Shown: positions 1 through 13,289, counted from the first letter of the whole stretch. The stretch: DNA of 63,887 nt, filler included, from Chiloscyllium plagiosum (GCF_004010195.1; 3 parts of one record of this genome joined end to end with filler, not necessarily neighbours in it), one strand, 5' to 3'. The notes: generated by a model from the sequence alone, not told the origin. Numbers and translations: made by a program.

Positions 1-274
1 CGTATGGAGTCAGCTATTATGAGGGGGCATAGCTTTAAATTAAGGGGGGGTAGGTATAGGGCAGATGTTAGGGGTAGGTTCTTTACTCAGCGTGTCGTGA
101 GTTCATGGAATGCCCTGCCAGTAGCAGTGGTGGACTCTCCCTCTTTTTGGGCATTTAAGCAGGCATTGGATAGGCATATGGAGGATAGTAGGCTAGTGTA
201 GGTTAGGTGGGCTTGGATCGGCGCAACATCGAGGGCCAAAGGGCCTGTACTGCGCTGTATTCTTCTATGTTCTA
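1..274 (+). mobile_element. CR1-type LINE 3' end
   Basis: RGHSFKL...FFTQRVVSSWNALP C-terminal ORF2 motif followed by a ttctatg-type tail; near-identical copy at 15643-15916. Confidence 0.85.
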
Positions 275-499
275 TATTGGAAAGGGATGAAGTTAGAGGG
301 CTACAGAGGTAGGACTGGAGAATGGGACTCGCTGGGGAGTTGTTTTGGAAACTAATACAGGTGCATTGGGTCAAATGGCCTCCTCGTGAAATGTAAACTT
401 CTCAGAATTGAACCTCACTCTTGCTTGACTAGAAACTCCTACAACTTCACAAGGCCCTTATAGATGCACAAGAGCTAATGTGCAGAACCAGGTTATTCT

Positions 500-690
500 C
501 CCAATGTCTTAGCTAATGCATCGCTGACTCACCAACAAAAGCCCCACTTTCTGAGCATTTCGCCCACATTGCCTGGGAGGTTGCTCTGCACAAATAAGCT
601 GCTTATTTTGAATAAAGGACTGTATTTCACAAAGTACCTCTCTGTTTGTGAAGCTCTTTGGGATCAGTAGGGGAAAGAAATAATTCTATC
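500..690 (+). mobile_element. Old DeuSINE/SacSINE1-like fragment
   Basis: gctctgcacaaataagctgc...aaagtac...tgtgaagctctttggga resembles the recalled Deu-domain/3' consensus; heavily diverged. Confidence 0.35.
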
Positions 691-994
691 AGCTGCACTC
701 ACCATGACAATAAACTAATCCCAATTAGTTGTAAGCACAGGCATCTGCACACTGCTCATGTCAATGGCTCTCCCTGCAAACATTGAAGGGCTTGTTCATA
801 TGTGAAGGGGTCACAGCGTCGGCAGGATAGTGGGTAAGAACCTGAAAAGGAGGTAACAGACTTTCACCCATTAACAGGGAAAGGCTGGACAAGCCAACAT
901 GTCGCAGCGAGCACTGAGACAGGCTGGCAATCCAGTGGGTGGGACAGGAAATCTTTATCTGAAAACAACTGCAAGTTATTCAAGAGCTACTCAC

Positions 995-1051
995 GTTGGC
1001 AGTGCCTTCAACAGGTTCTCGCGAAGTTCCAGTGTCACCAGGTTGGCTAAG
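995..1051 (-). CDS. SCRIB: Scribble coding exon 5 ((N)LANLVTLELRENLLKALP(T))
   Basis: Minus strand ttttgtag|C...CCAAC|gtgagt; 57 bp, phase 2 to 2; in frame with exon 4. Gene continues beyond window start. Confidence 0.93.
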
Positions 1052-1729
1052 CTACAAAACAACAGACAAAGGAACAAGGTTTTCAACCTGAGTAAAGGTA
1101 ACTGTGCCTGAAGACAGAGCTCACGAGTGTCCTGGGCGATTATGTTACAAGGCAGGACAATGGAAATGCCATGACAGACATTCGAAACAATTTATTAATA
1201 ACTATCAGGAAAGAGTTTTCCAGTGATTGACAGACTCTGTGGTTAAATAGGGAAACTAAGGTTTGAACTAAATTAAAAGCAGCACTAAATAAATCAGCAA
1301 AGGCTATTGGTTGGCCAGACTTCCAAGAATACCAAACCAATTTCACAAAATATTCTTTCAACTTCCTTACCATCTTGAAGGAGAAGAGTAGCAGATATAA
1401 GGGAACATCACCATCTACAAGCTCTCCACCATTCTAACACTATCTGGAGTTTAAAATAATACCAGGTGATCTTATTGAACCACTGATCATCTTGAAGGAA
1501 CTGTGAAGATGTTTCCTCTTGGAAAACTTGAGGGCACAGCTTAAAATTGAAAGGTCTCTTATTTAAATGGAGATGACAGTTTCTCTCTGAGGGTCACCAG
1601 TCTGGAGATTTCTCCATGCTGCACAGCACTGGACGCTACACTATCAAGATCTTTTTAGAAATAGTTTTGAACAGGAGTTGAGCTTACTTGGAGATCAGGC
1701 AGGTAGTGGAATGAAATTACAGTTTAAAA

Positions 1730-2080
1730 AAAAAGTTTTGTGATTTACACATGAAAGAAATGAAACTATCATGGTATTCAAACAGATGAAAGGCTTAACA
1801 GACAATCAAGGTATAATTTCAGTTACATCACACTGTAAACTCTTGCCATAAATTCTGTGCCTTACAATTGTGTGCTCCACAATCACCTGAAGGAGCGTCG
1901 CTCTGAAAGCTAGTGCTTCCAATTAAACCTGTTGGACTATAACCTGGTGTTCAAGTCATGACTACAGCGAGATCAGCTGTGATCTTAACGGCATGGCTCA
2001 GGAGTCACACGACACCAGGTTTGGTCCAACGGGTTTACTTGAAATCTCAAGTTTTCGGAGCACTGCTCCTTTGTCAGGTG
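1730..2080. mobile_element. PLE family-3 terminal fragments (one + copy, one - copy) with degenerate HHR
   Basis: cacctgaaggagcgtcgctctgaaagctagtg...ttggactataacctggtgtt (about 1884-1950) and an inverted related copy at about 2004-2080; same family at 30145, 38080 and 55500. Confidence 0.6.
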
Positions 2081-2648
2081 AGGTGAAGCACATAGACACA
2101 GAATTTATAGGCAAAAAATTCAAAACATCACACAAATGGTGTGAATGGAGTGTTGACAGGCTGAATAAGAAGTCTCCGCAGGTTATTAAGTGTCAGATGG
2201 TGTGAGTAAAGTGTCAACAGCTGAATAACAAGCAAAGGGGATGACCTATAATCCAATTAACTGAGGGAGAAAGAGCATTTTAAAAAAAACAAATATAAGG
2301 TGGTGCTAGAAACAAACCAAATGGCTGGAATAAGCTGACAGGTGTAAGAGCGGCATGCTAATAGCATTGAAGATTGGAACAGGCTGAGGAACTAACTGGC
2401 CTGCTGCATGCTGATACAGTCTTATTGACTGGTAAGGCAGACACAGTGGCCCACCAAGAGGCTGATCCCTCTTCCGCAGGCCAATGTGGCTCTGTTGTAA
2501 GAAACAGACAGACAGACACATCATGACCATTCTTTCTCTTCCATCCGTGTCACAGAGAGCCTCTGACGAGGCTGCCTCAACGCCACCTCTCTCAGTCTAT
2601 CTTCAATACATTGCCACCTGTATTTGTCATCAAATCCTGTTCACTTAC

Positions 2649-2738
2649 TTCCCAATGTCATTTGGCAGAGACTGTAGGGAGACGTCATTGAGGGAGAGGT
2701 GTGCGAGGATTCGGAGCTGGGTGAACCCATCAGGTAAC
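2649..2738 (-). CDS. SCRIB: Scribble coding exon 4 ((R)LPDGFTQLRILAHLSLNDVSLQSLPNDIG(N))
   Basis: Minus strand cttacag|G...GGGAA|gtaagt; 90 bp, phase 2 to 2; LRR pattern, in frame with exon 3. Confidence 0.95.
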
Positions 2739-2942
2739 CTGTAAGACAAACAACGTGAACAACAGGTGAGGGGGTGGGGGATGTAGGGAAAGGTGCTGGT
2801 TGCTGTGAGACAGATAGGCCTTTGATAACGAGGTTGAGGGTCGAGATTGTAAAATGGAGTTCAAACCATAACCCGAATAGCCATAACCTCATTGAATTCT
2901 CTTTTGAGAAAATGCCAAGCAGGTTAGGACTCTACTCGTACA

Positions 2943-4157
2943 GTCATAGAGATGTACAGTACGGAAACAGACCCTTCGGTCCAACCCGTCCATGCCGACC
3001 AGATATCCCAACCCAATCTAGTCCCACCTGCCAGCACCCGGCCCATATCCCTCCAAACCCTTCCTATTCATATACCCATCCAAATACCTCTTAAATGTTG
3101 CAATTGTACCAGCCTCCACCACATCCTCTGGCAGCTCATTCCATACACGTACCACCCTCTGTGTGAAAACTTTGCCCCTTAGGTCTCTTTTATATCTTTA
3201 CCCTCTCACCCTAAACCTATGCCCTCCAGTTCTAGACTCCCTGACCCCACTTTGTCTATTTATCCTATCCATGCCCCTCATGATTTGGTAAATCTCTATA
3301 AGGTCACCCCTCAGCCTCCGACGCTCCAGGGAAAACAGCCCCAGCCTGTTCAGCCTCTCCCTGTAGCTCAGATCCTCCAACCCTGGCAACATCTTTGTAA
3401 ATCTTTTCTAAACCCTTTCAAGTTTCACAACATCTTTCCGATAGGAAGGAGACCAGAATTGCACGCAATATTCCAACAGTGGCCTAACCAATGTCCTGTA
3501 CAGCCGCAACATGACCTCCCAACTCCTGTACTCAATACTCTGACCAATAAAGGAAAGCATACCAAATTACTTCTTCACTATCCTGTCTAACTGCCACTCC
3601 ACTTTCAAGGAGCTATGAACAAAGGTCTCTTTGTTCAGCAACACTCCTGAGGACTGCACCATTAAGTGTATAAGTCCTGCTAAGATTTTCTTTCCCAAAA
3701 TGCAGCACCTCGCATTTATCTAAATTAAACTCCATCGGCCCATTGGCCCATCTGATCTGAGGTAACCTTCTTCGCTGTCCACTACACCTCCAATTTTGGT
3801 ACCATCTGTAAACTTACTAACTATACCTCTTATGCTCCCAACCAAATCATTTATATAAATGATGAAAAGTAGAGGACCCAGCACTGATCCTTGTGGCACT
3901 CCACTGGTCACAGGCCTCCAGTCTGAAAAACAACCCTCCACCACCACCCTCTGCCTTCTACCTTTGAGCCAGTTCTGTATCCAAATAGCTAGTTCTCCCT
4001 GTATTCCGTGAGATCTAACCTTGCTAACCAGTCTCCCATGGGGAACTATGCAGAATGCCTTACTGAAGTCCATACAGATCATATCTACCGCCTGCCCTCA
4101 TCAATCTTCTTTCATGCTTCTTCAAAAACCTCAATCAAGTTTGTGAGACACGATCTA
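2943..4157 (-). mobile_element. CR1 LINE ORF2 (RT C-terminal half) and 3' end
   Basis: DFSKAF...VPHGRL...[19 protein letters not shown]...KF.D.TK and MLPGLEDLSYRERL...RGDLIE motifs. Confidence 0.92.
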
Positions 4158-4510
4158 CTCCCTGGAGTTTTGAAGAAGGAGGGATGATGTCATTGAAACA
4201 TAGAGGATCCTGAAGGGGCTCGACAGGGTCAATGCTGAGAGGATCTTCCCCCTCACGGGCTTTCTAGGATTGGAGGGCATAGTCTCAGAATAAAGAGGCA
4301 CCAGCGGGACTGAGCGAAAGAGGAATTTTTTCTCTCACAGAGTTAAGAGTCTTGCCAAAGAGAGCTGGGAGGGGCAGAGTCTTTGTGTATATCTCAGGCT
4401 GAAATAGATAGATTTGTGATCTGTCAGGGAATTAATGGTTACAGGGAAAGAGTAGGAGAGTGGACCTGGAGAGAGTTGGATCAGCCACAATCCTATTGAA
4501 CGGTTTTTTG

Positions 4511-4822
4511 ATTAGATTAGATTACAGTGTGGAAACAGGCCCTTCGGCCCAAAAAGTCCATACCGACACGCCGAAGCGCAACCCACCCATACCCCTACAT
4601 TTACCCCTTACCTAACACTATGGGCAATTTTTTAGTATGGCCAATTCACCTGACCTGCACAACTTTGGACTGTGGGAGGAAACCGGAGCACCCGGAGGAA
4701 ACCCACGCAGACACTGGGAGAACGTGCAAACTCCACACAGTCAGTCACCTGAGGCGGGAATTGAACCCGGGTCTCTGGCGCTGTGAGGCAGCAGTGCTAA
4801 CCACTGGGCCACCGTGCCGCCC
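4511..4822 (-). mobile_element. tRNA-derived V-SINE (HE1-like)
   Basis: Head with A/B-box-like sequence (ggttcaattcc), central tgtgtggagtttgcacgttctcc core, (ctaat)n tail; several near-identical copies in window. Confidence 0.88.
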
Positions 4823-5454
4823 GTGTAGCAGACTCAACCGGCCGAGTGGCCTATGCCAGCATCACAGCCAGACTACACGCATCCTCCAGGATTCATTCCC
4901 CATTCCTCTTACTCCCGCCAGGCAGACTCCTTACTGAACACATGATGATACACACACACACCTGCACAATGCCAATGGACAAATGGTCCCTGACCCAGTC
5001 CCCCAGGAACCCTGAGAGACAGAGACCCCCAAACCCCACCAAGGACTCAAATAAAGAGAAACTTCTTCACCCAGAGAATGGAAAGCCTGTGGAATTTATT
5101 ACCACAGAAAGCAATCAAGGCTGAAACATTATACATTTTTAATTTTTTTTCCTGGAGCATAGGAGGCTGAGGGGTGACCTTACAGATGTTTGAAAAATCA
5201 CGAGGAGCATGGATAGGGTGAAAAGCCAAGGTCATCACCCCAGGGTAAGGGAGTCCATAACAATGGGGCATATGTTCAAGGTAAGAGGAAAAAGATTTAA
5301 AAGGGTCCTGAACAGCAACATTTTCCACACAGAGGGTGGCTTGTATGTGAAATGAGCTGCCTGAGGAAGTGCTAGGTGCAGGCACAGTTACAACATTTAA
5401 ATGATGTTTGGGTAGGTAAATAAAAAGGAAACGTTTAGAGGAATTTGGGCCAAA

Positions 5455-5589
5455 CACCTACAAATGGTGTGAAATATATTTTTAAAAAAAAGGAAGAAGG
5501 GCTCATGCCCGAAACGTCGATTCTCCTGTTCCTTAGATGCTGCCTGACCTGCTGCGCTTTTCCAGCAACACATTTTCACCTACAAATGG
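5455..5589 (+). mobile_element. PLE family-1 terminal fragment inserted in a CR1, with 13-bp TSD
   Basis: cacctacaaatgg at 5455-5467 and 5577-5589 flanks gggctcatgcccgaaacgtcgattc...ccagcaacacatttt. Confidence 0.75.
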
Positions 5590-5835
5590 GACCAGTTTAG
5601 TTTGGGACAGTTGATTGGCAGAGACCAGAGGGAGGAAAGGGTCTGTTTCTGTGCAGTATGACTATAATTTCAAGGAGGAATCTGATACAGCATTTGGGAC
5701 TACAAGGATTAAAGGGCATGGGGAGAAAGCAGGAACAGGGTATGGATATTGGATGATCAGCCATGATACTGAAGTGCACAGCAGGCTTGAGGGGCTGAAT
5801 GGCCTACTCTTATTTTTTAGGTTTCTGAGCATTCA

Positions 5836-5976
<141 letters not shown>

Positions 5977-6022
5977 TTATCTGTCCCGAAGGAGGGTTAT
6001 ACCCGAAACATCAACATCTCCA

Positions 6023-6316
6023 CCTCCTGATGCTGCCTGGCCCACTGTGTTCCCCCAGCCTCCTGCCTGTCCCTCCTGATGCTGCCTGGCTTGCTGGGTT
6101 CCCCCAGCCCCCTGCCTGTCCCTCCTGATGCTGCCTGGCCCACTGTGTTCCCCCAGCCTCCTACCTGTCCCTCCTGATGCTGCCTGGCCCACTGTGCTCC
6201 CCCAGCCTCCTGCCTGTCCCTCCTGATGCTGCCTGGCTTGCTGGGTTCCCCCAGCCTCCTGCCTGTCCCTCCTGATGCTGCCTGGCCCACTGGGTTCCCC
6301 CAGCCTCCTGCCTGTC
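6023..6316. repeat. 49-bp tandem repeat, 6 units, derived from a PLE terminal repeat
   Basis: Units start at 6023, 6072, 6121, 6170, 6219, 6268 (cctcctgatgctgcctgg...). Preceded by a degenerate HHR (gggttatacccgaaacatc) and followed by the ccagcatctgcag tail. Confidence 0.85.
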
Positions 6317-6529
6317 TATTTTGGATTCCAGCATCTGCAGGCTTTTAGTCTGCCAAACTCTCCCACAGTTAGAAAATCATATTAGAAAAATAATTTAAAA
6401 GTCAACATAGCTTCATAAAAAGGAAATCACGTCCTCTATGAAAATAAGAAACAAGGTGGATCAAAGGAAACCTGTAGATGTGGTGCACCTGGCTTTCCTA
6501 AAGGTACTTGATAAAATGTCACTGTAATG

Positions 6530-7185
6530 GTCAGGAGATCGCACACTCGCTAACTAGTTCCAGGACAGCTACACCAGCATCTACCTCAAAGGTAGGGGCA
6601 ATTGCCTGGGTACAAAAATGGACAAAACCAACCCATGCAAATTTGCCCCATCAGTCTCCTCTCCATCAGTAAGGTGATGGAAGGTGCCATTAACAACACT
6701 ACCAAGCAGCACCAGCTGCATCTGTAAAGGGAGAAACAGAGTTCATGTTTCTAGTCCACTATCACTTGTTAGAGATCAGTCATCTCAGCTCCAGGACATC
6801 TCTGCAGGAGTCCCTCAGGGTAGTGTCCTAGGCCCAACCATCTTCACTGCTTCATCAATGACCTTCCCTCTGCCATAAGGTCAGAAGTGGGGATGTTCGC
6901 TGATGATTGCACAGTGCTCAGCACCATTCGAGACTCTTTAAACATTGTGGGTCATATTCAGGTCTGAGCTGACGTACGGCATGCAATACTTGCACCACAC
7001 AAGAGTCAGGCAATGACTATCTCCGACAAGAGAATCTAATCACCGTCCACTGACATTCAAAGGCATTACCATCACTGAATGCGCTCCCCCCCACCCCAAT
7101 TATTAACATCTTTGAGGTTACCACTGACCAGAAACTGAACCAGGCAAGCTGTTTAAACAGAGGCTACAAGAGCAGCTCAGAGGTG
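6530..7185 (+). mobile_element. Degraded CR1-clade LINE RT fragment (second family)
   Basis: [13 protein letters not shown] motif and ttcgctgatgattgc (FADD); related copy on the minus strand at 52180-53080. Confidence 0.75.
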
Positions 7186-7188
7186 TGG

Positions 7189-7377
7189 CATACGTTAGAC
7201 CATTATTGCTGGAACAGCACAGCAGGTCAGGAATTCCTGAAGAAGGGCCTGTGCCCGAAACGTCGAATCTCCTGTTCCCTGGATGCTGCCTGACCTGCTG
7301 TGCTGTTCCAGCAATAAAGTTTCAACTTTGATCTCCAGCATCTGCAGACCTCACTTTCTCCTCATACGTTAGACCAT
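7189..7377 (+). mobile_element. Fold-back PLE family-1 terminal insertion with 15-bp TSD
   Basis: TSD catacgttagaccat at 7189-7203 and 7363-7377; short inverted arm followed by a pLTR. Confidence 0.85.
7233..7268 (+). ncRNA. Minimal type I hammerhead ribozyme motif (intact core)
   Basis: ATTC-CTGAAGA-A-GGGC(CTGT)GCCC-GAAAC-GTC-GAAT: stem I ATTC/GAAT, stem II GGGC/GCCC, palindromic ACGT stem III, GUC cleavage triplet. Confidence 0.75.
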
Positions 7378-8639
7378 AAAAAGGAGGACCAGAAGTGGGT
7401 TTGTTCCACCATTCAGAGAGGTCATGGCTGACCTGGTCGTCCTCAACTCCTCTTTCCTGTCTTTCCCCATAACCCTCGATTCCCTTACTGATTAAAAATC
7501 TCTCTCAGGCTTGAATATACTTAATTATTCAGCCTCGGCTATCCTCTACAGTAAAGAGTTCCACAGATTCATCATTTTCAGAAAGAAGAAATTCCTGATC
7601 TCTGTCTTAAGTGGGTGACCACTCGTGGGAGAGTCGAGGACCAATTGCCTTAATTTCTAAAGGGGTAAAAATCTTTCCACAGATTCCCTTTCAAGTCCCA
7701 CATGAACCATTTTTGTTTCAGTAAAGTCAGCCATAATTCATTCATACTTCAATGAGTACTGGCCCAAGTATTCAATCTCTCCTCGAAAGACAATACCTCA
7801 AACAGCTAACCTACCTAAATGGTCAAAGCTTGTCCACTACCTACAAGACACAAGGAGTACAGACCAACAGGGAAAGGTGGAGCAACATGGTGAGGAAAGG
7901 ATCAAATCAATGGCCCAGTCTGTAAGGATACTAGCTGAGAAAGGTGGGAGGTGAAGTCCGTATAGGAAGAGATAAGAAACATCAAGAGGCAGGACATGGT
8001 GGGAATGCTAAGAGGCCCTCAAGCACTAGTGATGATATAATGGAAGACACTAAACAAAAACCAGAGATACACACAGTGAGGGTATGTACTGTAACCACAT
8101 GCGAGCCTAACTGACAATCAGCGTGGATAAACCAAGCTAGCAAGGATATTGTGGAAGAGGATTTACTGGAGTGCAAGAGATCATTTGTTTACACAAAAAC
8201 AGTGAGGAACCAACCCGAGAACAGGCTATTCCAGACTTGCCACTGTGCAATGAGAAAGGATCAATTAACAGCCTTAGTGTATGGGGTCCCCTGGGGAAGC
8301 AAGACCATAATACAATAGAATTCTTCACCACGGTGGATGGGAAGAGGATGAATCCGAAACCAGGATCCTTGACCTAAATAAAGGGAACGATGAGAATATA
8401 AAGCAAAACCTGGCAAGAAAGGATTGGGGAACCTCACTGAACAATCAATGGGGGAAACAGGCACATAAACCACACAATTATTCATTTCTGACAATGCATT
8501 ACGAAGAGATTAACAATGATTTTGGATCCAAACAGGAGATGGATAAAAATTACACAAAAAAGCAGAGATAAGGGATCAGTGGAGCAGGAGGAAACACTGG
8601 CCCCCAACAGGACAGTGCCAGCCCAAGTCATGCCCCCCC

Positions 8640-10168
8640 TCCCCCCGACAGGACAGTGCGCGCGCGCGCGCACACACACACACGCACACGCCTCCCCGAC
8701 AGGACAGTACACACACACACTCGCGCCTCCCCGACAGGACAGTACGCACACACACGCGCCTCCCCGACAGGACAGTGCGCACACACACGCGCCTCCCCGA
8801 CAGGACAGTGCGCACACACACGCGCCTCCCCGACAGGACAGTGCGCACACACACGCGCCTCCCCGACAGGACAGTGCGCACACACACGCGCCTCCCCGAC
8901 AGGACAGTGCGCACACACACGCGCCTCCCCGACAGGACAGTGCGCACACACACGCGCCTCCCCGACAGGACAGTGCGCACACACACGCGCCTCCCCGACA
9001 GGACAGTGCGCACACACACGCGCCTCCCCGACAGGACAGTGCGCACACACACGCGCCTCCCCGACAGGACAGTGCGCACACACACGCGCCTCCCCGACAG
9101 GACAGTGCGCACACACACGCGCCTCCCCGACAGGACAGTGCGCACACACACGCGCCTCCCCGACAGGACAGTGCGCACACACACGCGCCTCCCCGACAGG
9201 ACAGTGCGCACACACACGCGCCTCCCCGACAGGACAGTGCGCACACACACGCGCCTCCCCGACAGGACAGTGCGCACACACACGCGCCTCCCCGACAGGA
9301 CAGTGCGCACACACACGCGCCTCCCCGACAGGACAGTGCGCACACACACGCGCCTCCCCGACAGGACAGTGCGCACACACACGCGCCTCCCCGACAGGAC
9401 AGTGCGCACACACACGCGCCTCCCCGACAGGACAGTGCGCACACACACGCGCCTCCCCGACAGGACAGTGCGCACACACACGCGCCTCCCCGACAGGACA
9501 GTGCGCACACACACGCGCCTCCCCGACAGGACAGTGCGCACACACACGCGCCTCCCCGACAGGACAGTGCGCACACACACGCGCCTCCCCGACAGGACAG
9601 TGCGCACACACACGCGCCTCCCCGACAGGACAGTGCGCACACACACGCGCCTCCCCGACAGGACAGTGCGCACACACACGCGCCTCCCCGACAGGACAGT
9701 GCGCACACACACGCGCCTCCCCGACAGGACAGTGCGCACACACACGCGCCTCCCCGACAGGACAGTGCGCACACACACGCGCCTCCCCGACAGGACAGTG
9801 CGCACACACACGCGCCTCCCCGACAGGACAGTGCGCACACACACGCGCCTCCCCGACAGGACAGTGCGCACACACACGCGCCTCCCCGACAGGACAGTGC
9901 GCACACACACGCGCCTCCCCGACAGGACAGTGCGCACACACACGCGCCTCCCCGACAGGACAGTGCGCACACACACGCGCCTCCCCGACAGGACAGTGCG
10001 CACACACACGCGCCTCCCCGACAGGACAGTGCGCACACACACGCGCCTCCCCGACAGGACAGTGCGCACACACACGCGCCTCCCCGACAGGACAGTGCGC
10101 ACACACACGCGCCTCCCCGACAGGACAGTGCGCACACACACGCGCCTCCCCGACAGGACAGTGCGCAC
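8640..10168. repeat. 33-bp GC/CpG-rich minisatellite, about 46 units
   Basis: Unit gcgcacacacacgcgcctccccgacaggacagt; about 42 apparently identical units plus a few variants at the left edge. Confidence 0.97.
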
Positions 10169-10521
10169 ATCCCCCTCCACCGATAGCACCAATGCTTTTT
10201 TGACAGTATGCATGCTTGTACACGGATGTTATACAAAGCGGTAAGAGTTTTAACTTGTGGAGTGAAATGTCAACCATTAGTTGTTCATCTGCAGTCAGAA
10301 ACTATTTATGTGTAATGAATATTCATTAAGTACAGAAACCTGATCTGTGTTTCCTGTTCACCTGGATCTGAACAGATAGGCAAATTCAGGAGTTTTATTA
10401 CTTTGATAAAATCTTTAAGTTTTATGATGACTCGTGGACAGTGAGGCTCGATATCCAGCATGCTATCCCAACGAGATGTAGTGACACTCCCCTCCCAACG
10501 AGATGTAGTGACACTCCCCTA

Positions 10522-10734
<213 letters not shown>

Positions 10735-10925
10735 TTAGAGCACAAAGAGGTCATTCAGCCCATCATGTCTGGGTCATCTTGCCATTATTCATTTATTGGC
10801 TTCCTTCGGTCTTCTGCCTACAGCAATGCCCATGTGTAATTTTCAAATCATCTAAATCCCTGGTGAATGTATCAATTGAACCTGTGCCTACACAAGCAGT
10901 GCAAGTCAGACTCCAACCTGCGGAT

Positions 10926-11687
10926 AATGGAGTCCAACCCTGTCAAGTGTGAGGTTGTCCATTTTGGAAGGACAAATAAGCTTGCGGAATACAGGGTAGG
11001 GTTCTTAGTGAGGTGGAGGAACAGAGGGATCTTGGGGTCTATGTTCATAGATCTTTGAAAGTTGCCACTCAGGTGGATAGAGCTTGTAAGAAGGCCTATG
11101 GTGTATTAGTGTTCATTAGCAGAGGGATTGAATTCAAGAGTCATGAAGTGATGTCGCAGCTGTACAGGACCTTGGTAAGGCCACATTTGGAGTACTGTGT
11201 GCAGTTCTGGTCGCCTCACTTTAGGAAAGATGTGGAAGCTTTGGAGAGGGTGCAGAGGAGATTTACCAGGATGTTGCCTGGAATGGAGAATAGGTCGTAC
11301 GAGGATAGGTTGAGAGTGCTAGGCCTTTTCTCGTTGGAACGGCAAAGCATGAGGGGTGACTTGATAGAGGTGTATAAGATGATCAGGGGAATAGATAGAG
11401 AAGACAGTCAGAAACTTTTTCCCTGGGTACAACTGAGTGTTACAAGGGGACATAAATTTAAGGTGAAGGGTGGAAGGTATAGGGGAGATGTCAGGGGTAG
11501 GTTCTTTGCCCAGAGAGTGGTGGGGGCATGGAATGCGCTGCCTGTGGGAGTGGCAGAGTCAGAATCATTGGCGACCTTTAAGCGGCAATTGGATAGGTAC
11601 ATGGATGGGTGCTTAAGCTAGGACAAATGTTCGGCACAACATCGTGGGCCGAAGGGCCTGTTCTGTGCTGTATTGTTCTATGTTCTA
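10926..11687 (+). mobile_element. CR1 LINE 3' portion
   Basis: ORF 11013-11621 (LYRTLVRPHLEYCVQFWSP...RGDLIE...WNALP) plus ttctatg tail. Confidence 0.92.
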
Positions 11688-11789
11688 CGATACAAGTTGT
11701 TTCCTCCAATCAGTTTCATGAACCTTACACCCGCTTCCTTTCTCTTTTTCACCAAACATTCTACACCTCTCATCATTCCAGGTTCCTGA

Positions 11790-13232
11790 ATCTTGCCATA
11801 TTTATCTTTCATTGTCAGAGACCTTGAACTCTGATCACCCTTAAAAGACACTCACGTATCGAATATAGATTTACCCTCAAACAGCCATCCCCAATCTAAC
11901 TTCTCCAGTCCCTGCCATAAAATATTATAATTTGTCTCCCCCCAATTTAGCACTTTCACACAAGAAATGTCCTTTTCCATCTTAAAACTTATGGAATTAA
12001 AATCACTGCTCACAAAATGCTTTCGCCACTGAAACGTCCATCACCTGACCAGGCTCATTTCCCAATACAAGGTCTAGCACGGCCCCTTCCCTTGTTGGAC
12101 TATCCACACACACACACCCACATACTGTTTGAAGAAACCTTCCTGGATGCACTGAACAAATTCTGCTCTGTATAAGCCGCGGACACTAAAGGAATCCCAG
12201 TCAGTGTTGGGGAAGTTAAAACCACCCAACTGCAGCAACCCTGTTGTCTTTCCATCTGCTTACATATCGGGTCTTCTCTGTCCCACTGGTTACTGGGAGC
12301 CTGTAGTATAAGCCCATCACAGTGACTGAACCTTCCTTATTCCTGAGTTCGATCCTGATGGTCTCGCTGGATGATCCCTCCAAGATGTCCCCTCTCTCAG
12401 TGTAGGTGGGACATTCTCCTCAATCAGTAATTCTACCCCAACCCTCTCTACATCCCCCTCTATCACACCCGAAACGTTGAGCTGTTGGTTCTGTACTGAC
12501 TACAACATCATAGTTCCACTATTATTCCAGGCTCTAAGCTCGAGTTCCACCATGTTCATTGCCCCATAAACACCACACATACACACAAACACACGCGCGC
12601 GCGCGCGCACACACACACACACACACACAGACATTCCAGCCTGAGTGGCACCAGGAAACCTCCCTGCCAGGATATTGCTGATCCCTCACGTTTAGGTGCA
12701 ACCCATCCTTCTTGTTCAGGCTTTCGGCCCTGGGAGAGATCCCAATGATCTAGAGATGTGAAGATCACCCTCCTACACCAGCTCTTTAGTCACACATTCG
12801 ACAGTGTTATCTGGATTAGTGGTGCTGGAAGAGCACAGCAGTTCAGGCAGCATCCAAGGGGCAGCGAAATCGACGTTTCAGGCAAAGGCCCTTCATCAGG
12901 GCTTTTGCCTGAAACGTTGATTTCGAAGCTCCTTGGATGCTGCCTGAACTGCTGTGCTCTTCCAGCACCACTAATCCAGAATCTGGTTTCCAGCACCTGC
13001 AGTCATTGTTTTTACCTCGACAGTGTTATCTCCCTATTTCTGGCTTCACTAGCATGTGGCTCAGGGATTAATTCCAAGATTACAACCCTGTCCTGCTTTT
13101 CAACTTCCCATCTCACTCCCTCAATTCCCTTTCTGCCTATGCTGGTCACGCCAATATTGACCACAATCTCTGGCTGCTCACCATCCCCTTTCAGAATACC
13201 CAGGGCTTGCTCAGAGACATCCTTGACCCTGG
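11790..13232 (-). mobile_element. Degraded CR1 5' region: ORF1 esterase-like fragment and AP-endonuclease remnants
   Basis: RVKDVSEQALGILKGDGEQPEIVVNIG resembles the SGNH esterase of CR1 ORF1; GGFNFP-like endonuclease remnant near 12205-12230; interrupted by a PLE hairpin. Confidence 0.6.
12798..13031. mobile_element. Fold-back PLE terminal insertion with 15-bp TSD
   Basis: TSD tcgacagtgttatct at 12798-12812 and 13017-13031; long inverted repeat centred near 12895. Confidence 0.85.
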
Positions 13233-13289
13233 GGAAAAAAGTGTCTAAGGTATGAGCAGGTAGGGAAAGGGTTAAGTTGTGGGTTAAAG

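Noticed and set aside
770..845. Minus-strand acceptor (ttttcag) as possible SCRIB exon 6
   Set aside because: The in-phase frame hits TGA after about ten codons and is not LRR-like.
4511..4822. tRNA genes at SINE heads
   Set aside because: A/B-box-like heads continue into the V-SINE core and tail; no complete cloverleaf was found.
8482..10277. Six long ORFs of 489-584 aa
   Set aside because: All are translations of a 33-bp tandem repeat lacking stop codons; no protein-like complexity.
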